Origin: Okamejei kenojei
Lineage: Eukaryota
Reading direction: 5' to 3'
NCBI GenBank assembly: GCA_035221665.1
Contig: CM069134.1
Location: 91,140,001-91,204,000, forward strand
DNA length: 64,000 nucleotides
Made by a program: the position numbers and the translations under genes. Shown in pieces: positions 37,614 to 50,732 of this stretch (position 1 is the first letter of the stretch; every line of letters begins with the position of its first letter). The notes beneath the pieces were generated by a model, which did no database searches, was not told the DNA's origin, and saw nothing but the letters and a program-made list of their open reading frames with translations.

Positions 37614-39104
37614 ATAGAGTCATCTAATTATTTTCCCATTCAATCTCCCATTTTTTTTTTTACAAAATCACTTTGTTTAATCCCATCTCCCGAAAACAAA
37701 CCCAGAAAGAATCAAGGGTGCACCCCATCAGTCAAAGAAAGTTTGAAGTGTACAAGTTTACATACACCTTGGACTGACTTTTAGGACTTTAACATAGATC
37801 AACAAGATCCTACAGTATTTTAATATGTCAATTAAAATGAACACTTTGTGTAATATATATAATTAACGGAGATATGGTCATGCATGAAAATTCTGTAGGT
37901 GAAATTTTCAAAGTAGATTGGGATATGCCAAAAAAAAATCAGAAATATGTATCCCATCCCTGCCATTATCGATAAATTAGTCATCCTAGACTATGTTGAG
38001 GCGTAATTGCTTGAGGTTTTCTCTCAGGTTATTTGTAATCTTCTTGATAGACCACCTGAAGATTTATCCCAGCCATGCCAAAACAATTGGGGTAGTTCTG
38101 CATCAGTGAATTGCGACAGCCAATGTCACCATTATAGTGCAACATGATATATTGACATTTAGTTTGAACATTTAATTTGTGTTAGCTCCAAATTGTAGAA
38201 TAACGTGGATTTAATGAAGGTCAGTGACAAAAGGAAGATGTGAGGCTACTGGTGAGTGAGATGTTGAGAATGAAGTTACAAACATTACACTCAGATGATC
38301 TGATATAGATAGTATGTACAAAATGGAGTACCCATTTTGCCTCTTCACTTCCTCACCTCTTTCTCATTCTGCTGCACGTGCTCACCAGTGAAATTGTGCA
38401 GTATGTGGCAAGGAATGTCCCCTCATGGTGGCAAGGTGGAAGAACATACAATAGCCAACTGTGTGGTTTGATGTTGAATACGGTAGAGTTCCTACAGTAG
38501 GTCCAAATTCCTATTTTCCATGGCTGTTGTTGTGTGCTTGTTGCCTGTATAGCATTACAAAATGTATCATCCACTTCATCAGTAGATAGCTTTTGACCCA
38601 TTGTGATAGCTGGGCCACAATAGTATGTTGAAGGAATGAAATCCCGTTTAATTTTAATGCAAAGCTGGTGTACATTGCCCATAAAGTAGTCTCCATGCAA
38701 ATACCTTGTGTTCTAACATGGTAGATCTTAGCAACATAAGCATTTATTGACATAGTCATCTTAACAACAGCTGGCAATGCAGTCTCTGCCCCCCCCCCCC
38801 CCCCCAAATTTGCAATTCCAGCTGGATCAGGTGGAAGGTTCATTGAACATGGACGTCTTACATTGTTCCTCACAATGGTTTGGTTCAAAGAGTTGTTCTG
38901 TGAAAGTGCTAAGTGGAATGACCCTACCTGAGAATATTTATTCTCCCCTCATTCTCATTAATTCCAAAGTCCTGTTTTCAGTACCTGATGGTCATTCTCC
39001 CAGACAAGTTTTGTTCCTAATGAAATGTGCACCAGGGCAGGTAGTTTATTCAGAAATCACAAATGCAACCTCAATTCTTCAAACCTGCCACATCTCTCCC
39101 AAAG

Positions 39105-39190
39105 GAATAAAAGCAGTGAATGCTGGAAATACTCAGCTGGTCAGGCAGCATCTGTGGAGAAATGAACTGAGCAGGCATTTCTTCAGACGT
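39105..39190 (-). mobile_element. Penelope-type repeat fragment
   Basis: ATGCTGGAAATACTCAGCTGGTCAGGCAGCATCTGTGGAG...TTCTTCAG, reverse complement of the family consensus. Confidence 0.55.
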
Positions 39191-40099
39191 CTTCTCATGA
39201 CTTCCATAATTTGAAACAACTACAGGATGCAAAAACACTTGTGGATATGTGCCAGGACCAGATGAAATCAATCAATGACAAAACTGTAAGTGATATTGGT
39301 ATGAGTTCTGGCTATTGAATATGTTAGGTTAATGATGGGCATTGGTTAGAGCACTGTGTTTACGATGGCAGCCCTGGAGATGTATTAGCATATTGTTTCT
39401 GTTTTGTATCAGCTTTCCACACTGATTTAAGGCTGATCTGTTTCCCTGCATTCTTCCAATGGATGTCCATTGAGCATGTACAAATCACATTACTAACATG
39501 GTACCTGGTACAATTTGCCTAACAAGTACTTGTGTGCTGCCAATGAGAGTTTGGACCTCTTGATGTATGGCTATGATCCCAATTAACTGCTCAATCTATT
39601 TTAGATTTAACTGAGAAAGAAATGTTGACCTACACATTGGGGAAAACGCTGCTCTTCTTTGAAGATCAGCACCTCTGATAATGACACATGTTAAGTATTG
39701 CAAGCTGCCAGCCTGCATTAACCGTTCACACTGAATAATGGAGCTTAGTTCAACACCTGAACCTGACTCCTACTGCTGAGCCAAACCAATACTTATATTA
39801 ACAGAATCATTCTCACACTACTAGTCCTGCAAAAAAACATAGACTTTGCCTTAATGACTCATGCTTCCAAGAATCTGTGCTGGAATCACTTAAAAGTACC
39901 CTTCGCTTGCATTTACAATGCAGATTTAACGTCAGTACAAAATGATTTCATTTCCCAAAGGACTCTAACAGCAAGTGAAGGTCCTTTGAAGTGTAGTCTC
40001 TGTTGTAAAGTAAGAAGTGCAGCAGTCAATTTCGGCAGAGCAAATTCTCACAAATAACAATGTGATAATGACCAGATAATCCATGTTTGTGTTGTTTAT

Positions 40100-40360
40100 T
40101 GAGTGATAAACATTGGCAGGGAAATAGGGATAACATTCCAGTTGTTCTATTGAAATTAAAGTTTCTACCCAACAAGGACACAAGGTACTACAAATGCTTA
40201 GTATATTTTAGTGTTCTAAAGATTTAGGTATTTGTTCTATCTGAAAGTCAGCAATGCCCCAGCTACTGGACCCAAGCATCAGGCAAACATTTTGGCCTAA
40301 TTATTCCAACACCACTTGAGCCTTCTGACTCAAGGAAGAGGCTCCCACCAATTCAGCCAT
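40100..40360 (-). mobile_element. Ancient Deu-domain SINE (SacSINE/AmnSINE-like), degenerate
   Basis: Weak similarity to copies at 39640-39785, 41178-41405 and 54890-55305, ending in CCTTCTGACTC...CAGCCA. Confidence 0.4.
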
Positions 40361-40380
40361 TGTTGGCTTTTTTCCAGATA

Positions 40381-40912
40381 TAATAATTTGAGGAAGAACA
40401 ATCTTGCTATTGAGGGAGTGTATCGTAGGTTCACTAGCTTAATTCCCAGGATGGCGGGACTGACATATGATGACAGCTTGGGTCGACTGGGCTTGTATTC
40501 ACTGGAATTTAGAAGAATGAGAGGTGATCTTTTTGAAACATATAACATTCTTGAAGGATTGGACAGGCTTGATGCAGGAATAATGTTCTCTGTGTTGGGG
40601 GAGTCCAGAACCAGTGATCACAGTTTAAGAATAAGGGGTTGGCCATTTAGGACTGAGTTGAGGAAAAACATTTTCACCAGAGAGTTGCGAATCTGTGGAA
40701 TTCTCTGCCACAGAAGGCAGTAGAGACCAATTCACTGGATGTTTTCAAGAAAGATTCAGATTTAGCTCTTAGGGCTAACGGAATCAAGGGTCATGGGGAA
40801 AAAGCAGGAAAAGGTTCCTGATTCTGGATGATCAGCCATGATCATATTGAATGGAGGTGCTGGCTCGAAGGGCCGAATGGCTTACTCCTGCACATAGGTT
40901 TATATGTTTCTA
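40381..40912 (+). mobile_element. 5'-truncated CR1 LINE
   Basis: ORF2 C-terminus (LAIEGVYRRFT...LGLYSLEFRRMRGDL) plus HER1-like 3' UTR. Confidence 0.92.
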
Positions 40913-41177
40913 TATAAGCTTTCTCACAATGCAAACATTGAAATATCGATTGGGATGTTGATTGCCCCACATGCTAAGGTTGACGGAAAGACTTGCTTTC
41001 ACACAGGATCTTCCAACACCTGAATGTTTCCCAACGGACTTTGGTGCCAACTTCTTAACTTTTAATACAGAGGCCCAGTTGAAATTTAGGAAGCATGCTA
41101 CCAACTTGAACTTGGTGGTCTCCCATAAATAGCATGACAATCTACCAGAATGTGTGTTCTATGGTGTCAGTTGAGAG

Positions 41178-41405
41178 ATCAATAAATTGGCCAGGTCACC
41201 TGGGCTTGGGATCTTTAACTTTCTCCTGAGTAAACAGGCAGGATCTTGCTTTAGCATCTCATCTGAACATGTTTCCAACATGTCAGAACTCCCCCCGCAC
41301 CACATTGGAGTACAGGTTAAGGGTTTTATGCGTAACTATCTGGAATGGGATCAAACTCAAATAATTTGATGCAGGCAATCGCTCTATTAACTGATCTGCA
41401 GCTGG
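41178..41405 (-). mobile_element. Ancient Deu-domain SINE, degenerate
   Basis: ATAAATTGGCCAGG...GGGATCTTTAAC...CATCTCATCTGAA segments. Confidence 0.45.
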
Positions 41406-41489
41406 CAATATTTATGCAACTTCATAGATTATTTAGAACGTCGATTCATCAACCTTTGTCTTCTGAGTATGACTTTCATCTTGACAGAA

Positions 41490-41605
41490 GAAACTGCAGA
41501 AGCTGGAATCTTGCATAAAACACAAAGTACTGAAGGAGCTCAACGGGTCAGACAGCATCTGTATAAAGATAAACAGTAATTTTTTAGGTCCCAGGACCTT
41601 TATCA
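41490..41605 (-). mobile_element. Penelope-type repeat fragment
   Basis: AACTGCAGAAGCTGG...CACAAAGTACTG...CGGGTCAGACAGCATCTG. Confidence 0.55.
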
Positions 41606-42029
41606 TGTTTTACACTTTTAGTCTTCACAAATATTTTTAGAACCTGTGTTTGCTACAGAGGTGGTGTGCACGTGAACAAGACCAGAGAAATAGAGAACAA
41701 TCTCCTTATTTGAACTTCTTCAAGTGTCCCACACTGCTTCATCGCAAACATTGATCTTATGACTTTATGTACGTAGTGCAACACAATACCCTATTCTCTC
41801 CCCATGATTCTGCAGCTTTCCCCATTTCAAATATGTAATCAATATTCCATTAAAGAAATAGAAATCTTTACCTCAGCCACTCTGTTCTGAGAGTGCAGCA
41901 ATCCTCTTCAGAAATATATTTCACCCAATCTTTCTTTGTGATAATATTAAACGAATTTTCCATCAGCAGGCACTTCCTATCAGCAAGAAGTAACCATGGG
42001 GCTATTTCTCACAGTTTAACAAAACTTAT

Positions 42030-42365
42030 GTATGTTAGAGTCATAGGAGTTGCAGCTAAATCCTTTAACCCACCATGTTCATACTGATCATCAATAACCA
42101 ATTCACAATAATCTTACATTAACCCTTTTATTTATTCTTCCAGTATTCTCACCAGTTCCTTTCAGGTTGCACCACACTTACACACACGTAGCAAGTGACA
42201 GTAGCCAAATGATCATCTGATTGTCTTTAGAATGTTGGAGGAAACTGGAGCATCACATGGTCACAGGGAGAACATGCAAACTTCTCATTGACAGCACTTG
42301 GTTTCAGGACTGAACCCAGGTCTCTGGCACTATGAGGCAACAGCTCTACCAGTTGCATCATTGTT
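42030..42365 (-). mobile_element. HE1-like V-SINE
   Basis: GGAGGAAACTGGAGCA...GTCACAGGGAGAACATGCAAAC...GAACCCAGGTCTCTGGCACTATGAGGCAACAGCTCTACC (reverse tRNA-like head). Confidence 0.72.
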
Positions 42366-42411
42366 GTCAAAGTTTTCCCAGCCATAATGGAAATAAATTG
42401 AGTGTATCAAG

Positions 42412-42502
42412 TATAGACACAAAAAGCAGGAGTAATTCAGCGGGACAGGCAGCAACACTGGAGCGAAGGAATGGGTGACGTTTCAGGTCGAGACCATTCT
42501 TC
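42412..42502 (-). mobile_element. Penelope-type repeat, 5'-truncated inside the hammerhead core, with 7-bp target-site duplication
   Basis: TATCAAG at 42405-42411 and 42503-42509; reverse strand reads GAAGAATGGTCTCGACCTGAAACGTC. Confidence 0.7.
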
Positions 42503-42829
42503 TATCAAGGTGCTCTTCCTAACTATAGTTTCCTACATTTGTAAAGTCAATGACGTGTACCCACACCTGCATACATTGACATCTTGCTAAATGAAGAGCT
42601 ATCCAAAAACACACAGTGCAGCTAATGTCACTTATGTCATATATTTTTCAATATTTTCATTTTCTTTGGATGTTGACAACTGCCTAGCCACTATGTGTTG
42701 CCCATTGCTGACTATTGTCTAAAGGGTATAATTGGTTTGTCACGAGCTGTGATGCTCTACTCTTATTAATCTGGAGCCAATAGACGCAGACAGAGAGACA
42801 ATAAAGGAAATTTCCAAAGAACAGGGAGT

Positions 42830-43000
42830 TATCTCAACTATCCCATCCAATAAACAACATTACAACAAGAGATTATTTGATCATTTTCATATTGCTATTT
42901 CTGAGAGGCTTCTGCATCCAAATTGGCTGCCACATATATTGCGTTACAACAGTATTATCTGCACTTGTTATCTGAAAGGGACTTTGGGAGATCATAAAGG
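42830..43000 (+). mobile_element. Deu-domain SINE 3' half
   Basis: AGATTATTTGATCATT...ATTGCTATTT...CAAATTGGCTGCCAC...TTACAACAGT...CTTTGGGA resembles the Deu core. Confidence 0.55.
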
Positions 43001-46000
43001 GGATCTGGCAGACCATATAGGAGGGCAAGTCTTCATTTTTGCTTATAACATAGCAAATTCTGTTAGCCTTTATATATTTATTTACCTGCCTTTCTATTTG
43101 GAAGCCATGAAGGATGCATTATGCAGGATATCACACAGGTTAAAGAGGACAGGAGAGGTAAAGGCATTGAAATCCAGAAGTAATGGTTAGTGGACAGAAA
43201 TTTGGGTTACATATGTCTGAAGGAGCAGAAAAGGAAAACTGACAGAGTAAACAGTTCAACTGTTTTTTTTTTTGTCTAGGTAAAACAAATTTAGGTAATC
43301 TAATAAGGCACATACATTTCTTCATTCTTTAATATGCAGCTAATTCAAACGTATGTTATATATTTTAATTTTCTCTGGGCATTGGTTTAACTGCATAATC
43401 ACTATTCATTGCCCATTGTTGTATATTGTCTAAAGTGTACCACTGGTCTGTCTCTAGAAACAAGCTTCTGAGATCCCAGTGATATATTCTAATATACTCT
43501 TCCAGGAAATGACATTTGAAAAAAAGAAATCATGGGAGATTTTATATATTGTATTTCAATTTTGGACATAAATGTATGACTCTAATAAATTCAAGTTAAC
43601 TCCAGAGAGAATTAGATGATAACATTTATCTGAAGGTGTGAACAAAATACCTTCTTCTATTGCCTACAAATCTAATGCCCTTGAGATGCTGGTATTTCTC
43701 TGTTTTTACACAATGATAATAGGACACCATTCCTATATGCCTGGTCCTAATACTTAAATTCCCAGTCTCTAGTTCCATACTAAATCACCCCACTGCAAGC
43801 ATTTTGGTTTCTATCATTGTTTTCTGTGTGTTTTTCCCCATTCCTTATAGAGATGTTTCAGTTTCTTCACTTTAAACATGTGATCATAATCCTTGACATT
43901 CCAGTTCCACATTTTTCACATTATATCTTTGGAATCCATAGTCCACATATTATGTTATGTCGAAAGCATGCTTTTTCTCCCATGTGCTTATGTATTAACC
44001 TTTTTCTGGTTCCAAATATTCTGTTCTTATTTCTTCCGATTAGGGACCTGTTCTCTTTTGGGAACAATATCTATAATATTATGCAATAGGCATTACACCC
44101 ATCATATTATATGAACAAATTCAGTGATGAATACTGTCTTGTTCTATTGTGACTATGTTGTACAAAATACCTACCGTTTGCCACCAGATTTAGTCTGCTT
44201 GCATATCAAATCATTCAGATCAAGATCTTGAAAACCGGCAAATATGAGCTCCCACTGGTTTTACGACCCTTCCATCCAACACAACACATGTGCCAATAGT
44301 GATTTGACATCACTTGATATTTATTCTATTTCTGGAACAGGATAATATGAAAACACTCAGTAGGATCAAATACCTTTTCTGCCTTTGGATTTTTGAAGCT
44401 CTTTTTAATTTTTTGCGTCACCTCTGTTTTAAAGTGCCATGCTCTTGAGTATTTTTGTTAAATATTCTTTAAGTGTGAATCATGTATGTCATTATACACT
44501 GTACAGTGATGTGATTTCAGAAAATGGTCTACGATCGCTTAAGGTTTAAACAGACTTCCATCCTTTCTGCATCTCCTGTTCTCGCTCTTCCAGCTGAATA
44601 TAAGGACTTGATCTAGGTACTCAATTTGCAAAACATTTTAGTGTTGTGGAAATCATTTCCTGTGTTTAGTGTAAGCCTGGGGCTAAGTTAGGAGAATAAA
44701 AGCATACCCTCCATTGTTGTTGCAATTTGCTTCCATGTGATTGGCTCCAATTTTTAATAATTAAGTATCTTTGTTATTTTAGGTTCACAATAGTCCAATT
44801 TCTAAATCCCCACAGTTTAATGCATTTATCTGAAACAGAAGCAGATTAGTTGAAGGTACTATAGTCCTATTTTGATTAAATCTTCATTGGACTGTCAGTA
44901 TTCTGAGATATTTAAGATACACAGAATGTGATACAAATTCAAGCCAAGCCTTAGGACTCAACTTACAAAGAGACATAATTCGGTAACTTGGGACACAAGC
45001 AGTATTTTTATTTTTTTCTATTTGCCTTTTATAACTTGACACGAGGAATATAATTCTGATAATTCAACAGTGACAGGTTCTAAATACAACTCAGAAGCTC
45101 CGGCTGGTGCTGGACCCAGGATTGTTATATGCCTGCAGTCCCAGGTCTGTGTCTCCTCTCTCAGTCTGATCACTCTGCCGCAGCCGGGGGGGAGTCTTGC
45201 CTCAGGCCAAACATATGCTTCTTTCCAGCAAACTAATACAAATTCACCATGGAGAAATAATTGCTCGAGTGAACATTTTTTCTCTCAGCTTTGTCATTCG
45301 CTCACTCAAATCGCTGAGGCACACGCCATTTAAATCAGGGGCTTTGATGCTTGCCTCTCCTTTTTAATGAAAACCTGGACCCTTGTAAATGATGTGAGCG
45401 TTTAAAAAGGCTTCATGGTTCTCCATCAAATGTATAACAGTTTGGCAAATGGATGAATCCCGACAGAGAAGTTTCAACAACAACTTCAGATGGGTTGATT
45501 TGGAGCTCTTTTTAATTTGATAAAATTGATTGTTTTTCTCATCTCTTTTATTAAAGAAAACTTAATATATTTGTTTTGAGTCCTCTCATTCTTCTTTTTC
45601 TGCCACTCAAATTATTCTCCATTTTCCATCTTGTGCCTAAATATGTTGCCTTTTTGTTCTTGCTTGTCTCTTAAATGTCTTAGTTATTCCAATCTCACTC
45701 CCTCTCACACAAAGAAACATGTCTCCAATATGAATAATTACCAAAGAATAGGAAGAAAATAATCCATTATATACCACTTAAAGAGAAAAAAAACATGAAA
45801 GAAAATCAGAGCCATGAAAATGAGTGAACAGCTTTTTTTATTATTTCAATTTGTTTAAATTAAAAAAAAAGGCCCTTAAAGGTAAACCTCTGTGAAATGA
45901 CATAATTCCACAAACACAATGCCACAATCGTTATTTATTTCAGGCAGACTAAATTTGTAGAAACCTGAGATGGGATTTTAAGATACTTATTACTGAAGAA

Positions 46001-47897
46001 TCAAATGAGTCTTTTCTCAAATGAGAATCTACTGCTGTCTTTTCATCTAGGGACCTGTTTGCTAAGTTTCGTATTTTTTGTTAACATTTAGAATAGTGCA
46101 CTTGTCTGCTTAATATGGAGCAACTGTTATGCTGTGAGCTAGTCTAGAATTAAATAAACGTTGATGGCTTAAGACCACACAAATATATTTACAGTTACAA
46201 AATAAGTATGTTAATATAGAAAAGATGGTGGAGTACAGTGGTAATGGATTGGGTGACAGGACTGCGTTGCTGCTTGTTCACAGTGATGGTTTATCCAACA
46301 GTGACTCCAGCTGCCTCTCGATTTTTTCCCCCTTTAGATAAGAGCAAATCTGAGGTTTGAAAGAGAATTAGAAATGAACCATTTTATGTTTTTGCTTGAA
46401 AGTTTATGGTTAATCACTGATAGTACAGGAAACGACAAGGAAAGTTAAGCAAAATATATTACCCATATTAATTTAGAATGTGTATTTACTGCACAAATAT
46501 AATTTGTAAGTGTAACAGAGAATGGTGATAAGCAATTGCAATGTATTTGTCGGTAACTACATCTCAGCTCCATTCTCTTCACCAGCACAAACCTATATTT
46601 AGGTTTGAATGAACTGACCCTTGAAGGCAATAACCTAGATTTCTGTCCACAACGCTGAATTCAGTTTCAATTTAAGCAGCAACATTTTATGCCTGCTTGA
46701 CACACTGGGAGGCAAGTCCTCACAAAGCAAATGCAAGTAAATAGGAGTTTTACCAACAGGACATGCACAATAGGGGTCAAGAAGGAACATGTATTCAACT
46801 CCACCCACTATCAGCTAATAAATATATATAACATGAGGTTTTGAGTGCACACACATAAATGCTCATCCCTGTAATCATAAGGATGTGTGCCAGTCTCAAA
46901 GGCAGTCAAATTTAATTACCAGCGCGCACCCTTATTTACCAACATTATGTAATAGTAATTTGTATTTAACGCACAGTTGGTTATACAGGATGCATGCTTA
47001 GCATAGATTCAGAACATGTGTGTTTAATACTGAAATATGTGCTTTAATATAGATACGCCAAATGCACATATAAGGCAGATGACAACGTGTGGATTTAACC
47101 CAGTCATACAAAATGTGTACGTAAGATAGGCATACAGCACATGCATTTCAACTAACTGATGAATGGGTTGGAGTTATGTCTGATAGGACACAAAATATGG
47201 TACTGTTTTTTTGATGGGCCTTTCAACTGTGATGTGACCAGCTATTAAATGTGGATTTAATTTTTTAAGGAATACATCATTATTCATCAAGCCAGCACAC
47301 TTTAAATCACGAGTCGGGACAAGATTACAGTTATAAACACAGCAACGGTGTTCCTTGCATCCACCTAACCAAGACTATAATCCAATTGAATGACACAGTT
47401 TATTCTAAATGGATACCAACATAATTGAAGAAATCATGAAGGAACTGAAACATGCTGACACTGGGTTGGAATTCTCTGACTGGGGCATAAGAAAACAAAC
47501 ATTTTTAAAGAGTATTTTATTTCAGTTGAATGTTTTCTTGATTGTTAATACTTTAATGAATTGTAATGAATGTAACTTAAAAAAAAAGTAGTTGTATTTC
47601 TTTTAATTGTTTCTGAACATTTATTAAAATTGAAGAAAATAACATCACAGGCTTGAGGCAGAGCTCTGCTTCCATCCAGTTTCATCTACAGTCTGGGTTA
47701 TTCCAAGGGCAGAGATTCAGATCAGCACTGCTGAAGACCCAGTTGCAGCCTTCAGACCCGTCTGCCTGGTGGAATGGGACAGGCGGAGTAACCTTTGAGG
47801 ACAATTAAATTAACCTTCTGAAATAAAGTATGGTCACAAGAGTGCATGGGCACTATGAGTGCAAGTGGTGAGCTGGATCTAGATCAGTGATTCAGCT

Positions 47898-48040
47898 CAG
47901 TTCTGAATGAATGGTCATTGACCAGAAATGTTAATTCTGTTTTCCTCCCCATAGATGCTGCTTGATTCTTTGGATACTTATTGGAAAATATTGGATACAA
48001 TATTTTCTGCTTTTACTTTACATTTCTTGCATCTGTGATA
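47898..48040 (+). mobile_element. Older Penelope-type repeat with variant hammerhead core
   Basis: CTGAATGA-A-TGGTCA-T-TGACCA-GAAATGTT followed by AGATGCTGCTTGA. Confidence 0.55.
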
Positions 48041-49869
48041 ATTTATTTGGACATATAAGTGTGCAAATATTTTTAAAAACATTTTAATTTTCATTTGTGT
48101 GAATTTTCAGAGCCTATTGGTGGTGTAAATTGCAATGGTCCTAATTTTAATCACATATCCTACCTCTGAATTGAATCGCACAGAAACAGAAATAACAGCA
48201 ATCCATATTTCCGTTCTATTTGAACCTTTTCTGATTCAGGCGTAAGATGTGAGTGCAAGTCAGTACAGCCAGAATTTGGCTATAAAGGTGCTCTAATGTT
48301 CTTTTTCTCCCCTGACTTTCTTAAAGGTAGTGATACTTTATGGAGTACAGTATCACCAGCTCTCCACAGCACTAGCTTTGCATCTACTCTTGACATATAA
48401 TGCTTCCAATCAGTGTGTCATTCGAAAACATGTGTTGTTACTGTCAGCAAGGGAACACGTGCTGATTTTCAAGCTGGTATTAGCAGTTCTTTTGCTACAA
48501 TGCTTGAGTCTGTAATACAGTTATTGTTTCTCAAATAATTAAGTTCATTTGATGGTTGATGGTTGGCATGTGCTCAGTGGGCTGAGTGGGCTGTTTCTGT
48601 GCTTCATCTCTCTGACACCAGAATTCTACAGCTCGTTTCACGTAAATTAATTAAATCATTACTATTCATTTATGAGAAAGCAAACAAATCATTTGGCTTT
48701 AGTTATCTTTTTAACATTGGTTATCAATTCCGTTCCAATAGGGATGTGCTAGATATGTTCGTTCAATGGCAGCAGGATCTGTCACCTGTTCTCCAGCACA
48801 TTCCAGAGATTGAGGAACTGTTGACCTGCAAACTTCAGCTAGCCTAGACCTCTCCAAAGAACCACTGTATAAAAACCACAATGCTGTGGCAAAATATTGT
48901 CCTGTTGTTTATGGCAATGTGATGCTAAGCTAATGGAGAGGTCTCTCACGGAATGTCAAACTACAGCATTACCATATTTTAAAATGCCATTTTAAATCTA
49001 CTTATGGATGAACCCAATGAATACTATGAAGGTTCATATCGTGAATGGAATTAACTTTTGATATCTTGATCTGCAATTTATTTGAGCGTTCCCAGAATGT
49101 ATTTGTTACTCTGAACACCAAATCTTAACCATGACTGAATGCCAGCTTGAAAGAGCCACTATGATGTTTGGAAATGCAGCTGCTTGAGATTGAATTTTCA
49201 AGAGCCCAGCAAATGGGTGGAAAATACAAATACATAATTCTATTAGACGATAAGTTATTTGATGAACAACATAATATATTATAATTGCCCTTGGGATATA
49301 ATGATGTGAATAATTTGTAGACCAAAGATATAGGGTTCTTAATAAGGTTTAGAATGGGTTGGGAACTGATCAAGAATGTGCAGGTTCAAGCTCAAGTGCG
49401 AGGTCACATAAATGAACAATACCATTTGCTTGGATAGAAAGCTATCATGGCCTCACTTACATTCAAAGACCTCTTGCCTTTCTGAGCGCTGAACGTTGAA
49501 AGTATATTTCAACAGATTTTGGAATTAGTGTGGAGAGGGAGAAATGAAGCATAGTTTGAGCATTATAGCCCCATACTGCTGTAACAAAACGCAAACTTTG
49601 AATTGTGTAATCTCATTGAAACGTGTTGAATTCTTATGGGGCTCCACAGGGTAGATGGAGAGATAATATTTCTCTTGGCAGGGTCGCAGTCTGAGACCAA
49701 GGGAATGGTCAATCAGATAAGAGATAAGGAGGAAGTTCTTCATCTGGAGGATGGCGAATCTTTGGAGCTTTTTACCTATGGGAGTTCAGTCACTGAGCAT
49801 ATTCAAAACTGAGATTTTGGAAACAGTGATCATAACTCTGTAGGTTTATGGATAAGGATAAGATCTGCA

Positions 49870-50632
49870 CCTTGGGGTAAAGAGCTAAATTGTAGTAAGA
49901 CGGATTACAACAGAGTTAGACAAGAGCTGGTGAGAATAGATTGGGAGCAGCTGTTTTGGGTGACCATATGACATGTGGGATGCATTTAAAGGACAGCTGT
50001 TCAGAATTCAGGACTAACATGTTTCTGTGGGGAAGAAAGACAAGGATGGCAAAGTTTGGGAACCTTTGACGATGAGAGACTTTGCTAACCTAGTCAAAAA
50101 GAAAAGAATATCTAAAGTTTAGGGAACTGAAACTGGACAGGGCCTTTAAGGAATATATGAAAGCAAGAACGATCTTAACCAGGGAATCAGTAGGGTTAAA
50201 ATGACCATGATTTTGTCATCGGTGTGTAGGTTTAAAGTGAATCTGAAGGCAAAATCAAAAGGGGTGACAAAAGGGCCATGCAAGGACGAAGGAGGGAATT
50301 TATAGTTGGAGCAAGAGAAAGTCATGACGAGCACTTTGCATCAATATTCACCAAGAAGAAAGACATGGCCTGTTGCAATATGTGGGAGGGATATGCTAAT
50401 TTCTTGGGCATGTCAATATCAGTAAAGTGGAGGTGCTGGGTCTCTCAAAGTGGATTAAGATTGATAAGTCACTAGGTTCTGATGGAATCTATTCCAGTTT
50501 ATAAAGAAATGCAAGAGAGGAGATTCTCGGGTCCATGGCAGAGTACTTTGAGTCCACTTTGGCCATGGATGAGATCCCAGAGGACTGAAGAATACCCAAT
50601 TTTGATCCTCTATTTAAGAAGAGCATTGTCGA
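49870..50632 (+). mobile_element. Old degenerate CR1 LINE, 5' portion (resumes ~54212-54845)
   Basis: Decayed tether/RT motifs (IDWEQL, FASIFTK, DKS.G.DG, PED.R.....PLFKK). Confidence 0.7.
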
Positions 50633-50732
50633 CAATCTACGGGTAGGGAACGGGTACGTTGGTGGAGCAGACCTAACGGGTTTGCACTTGGTCAGTATAC
50701 TTATAAAAACTCTGATCTTGTACATGTGTATA

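Noticed and set aside
38353-39271. 115-145 aa ORFs downstream of tfap2a
   Set aside because: No recognisable domain or splice-consistent exon chain; partly overlap poly-C and repeat fragments.
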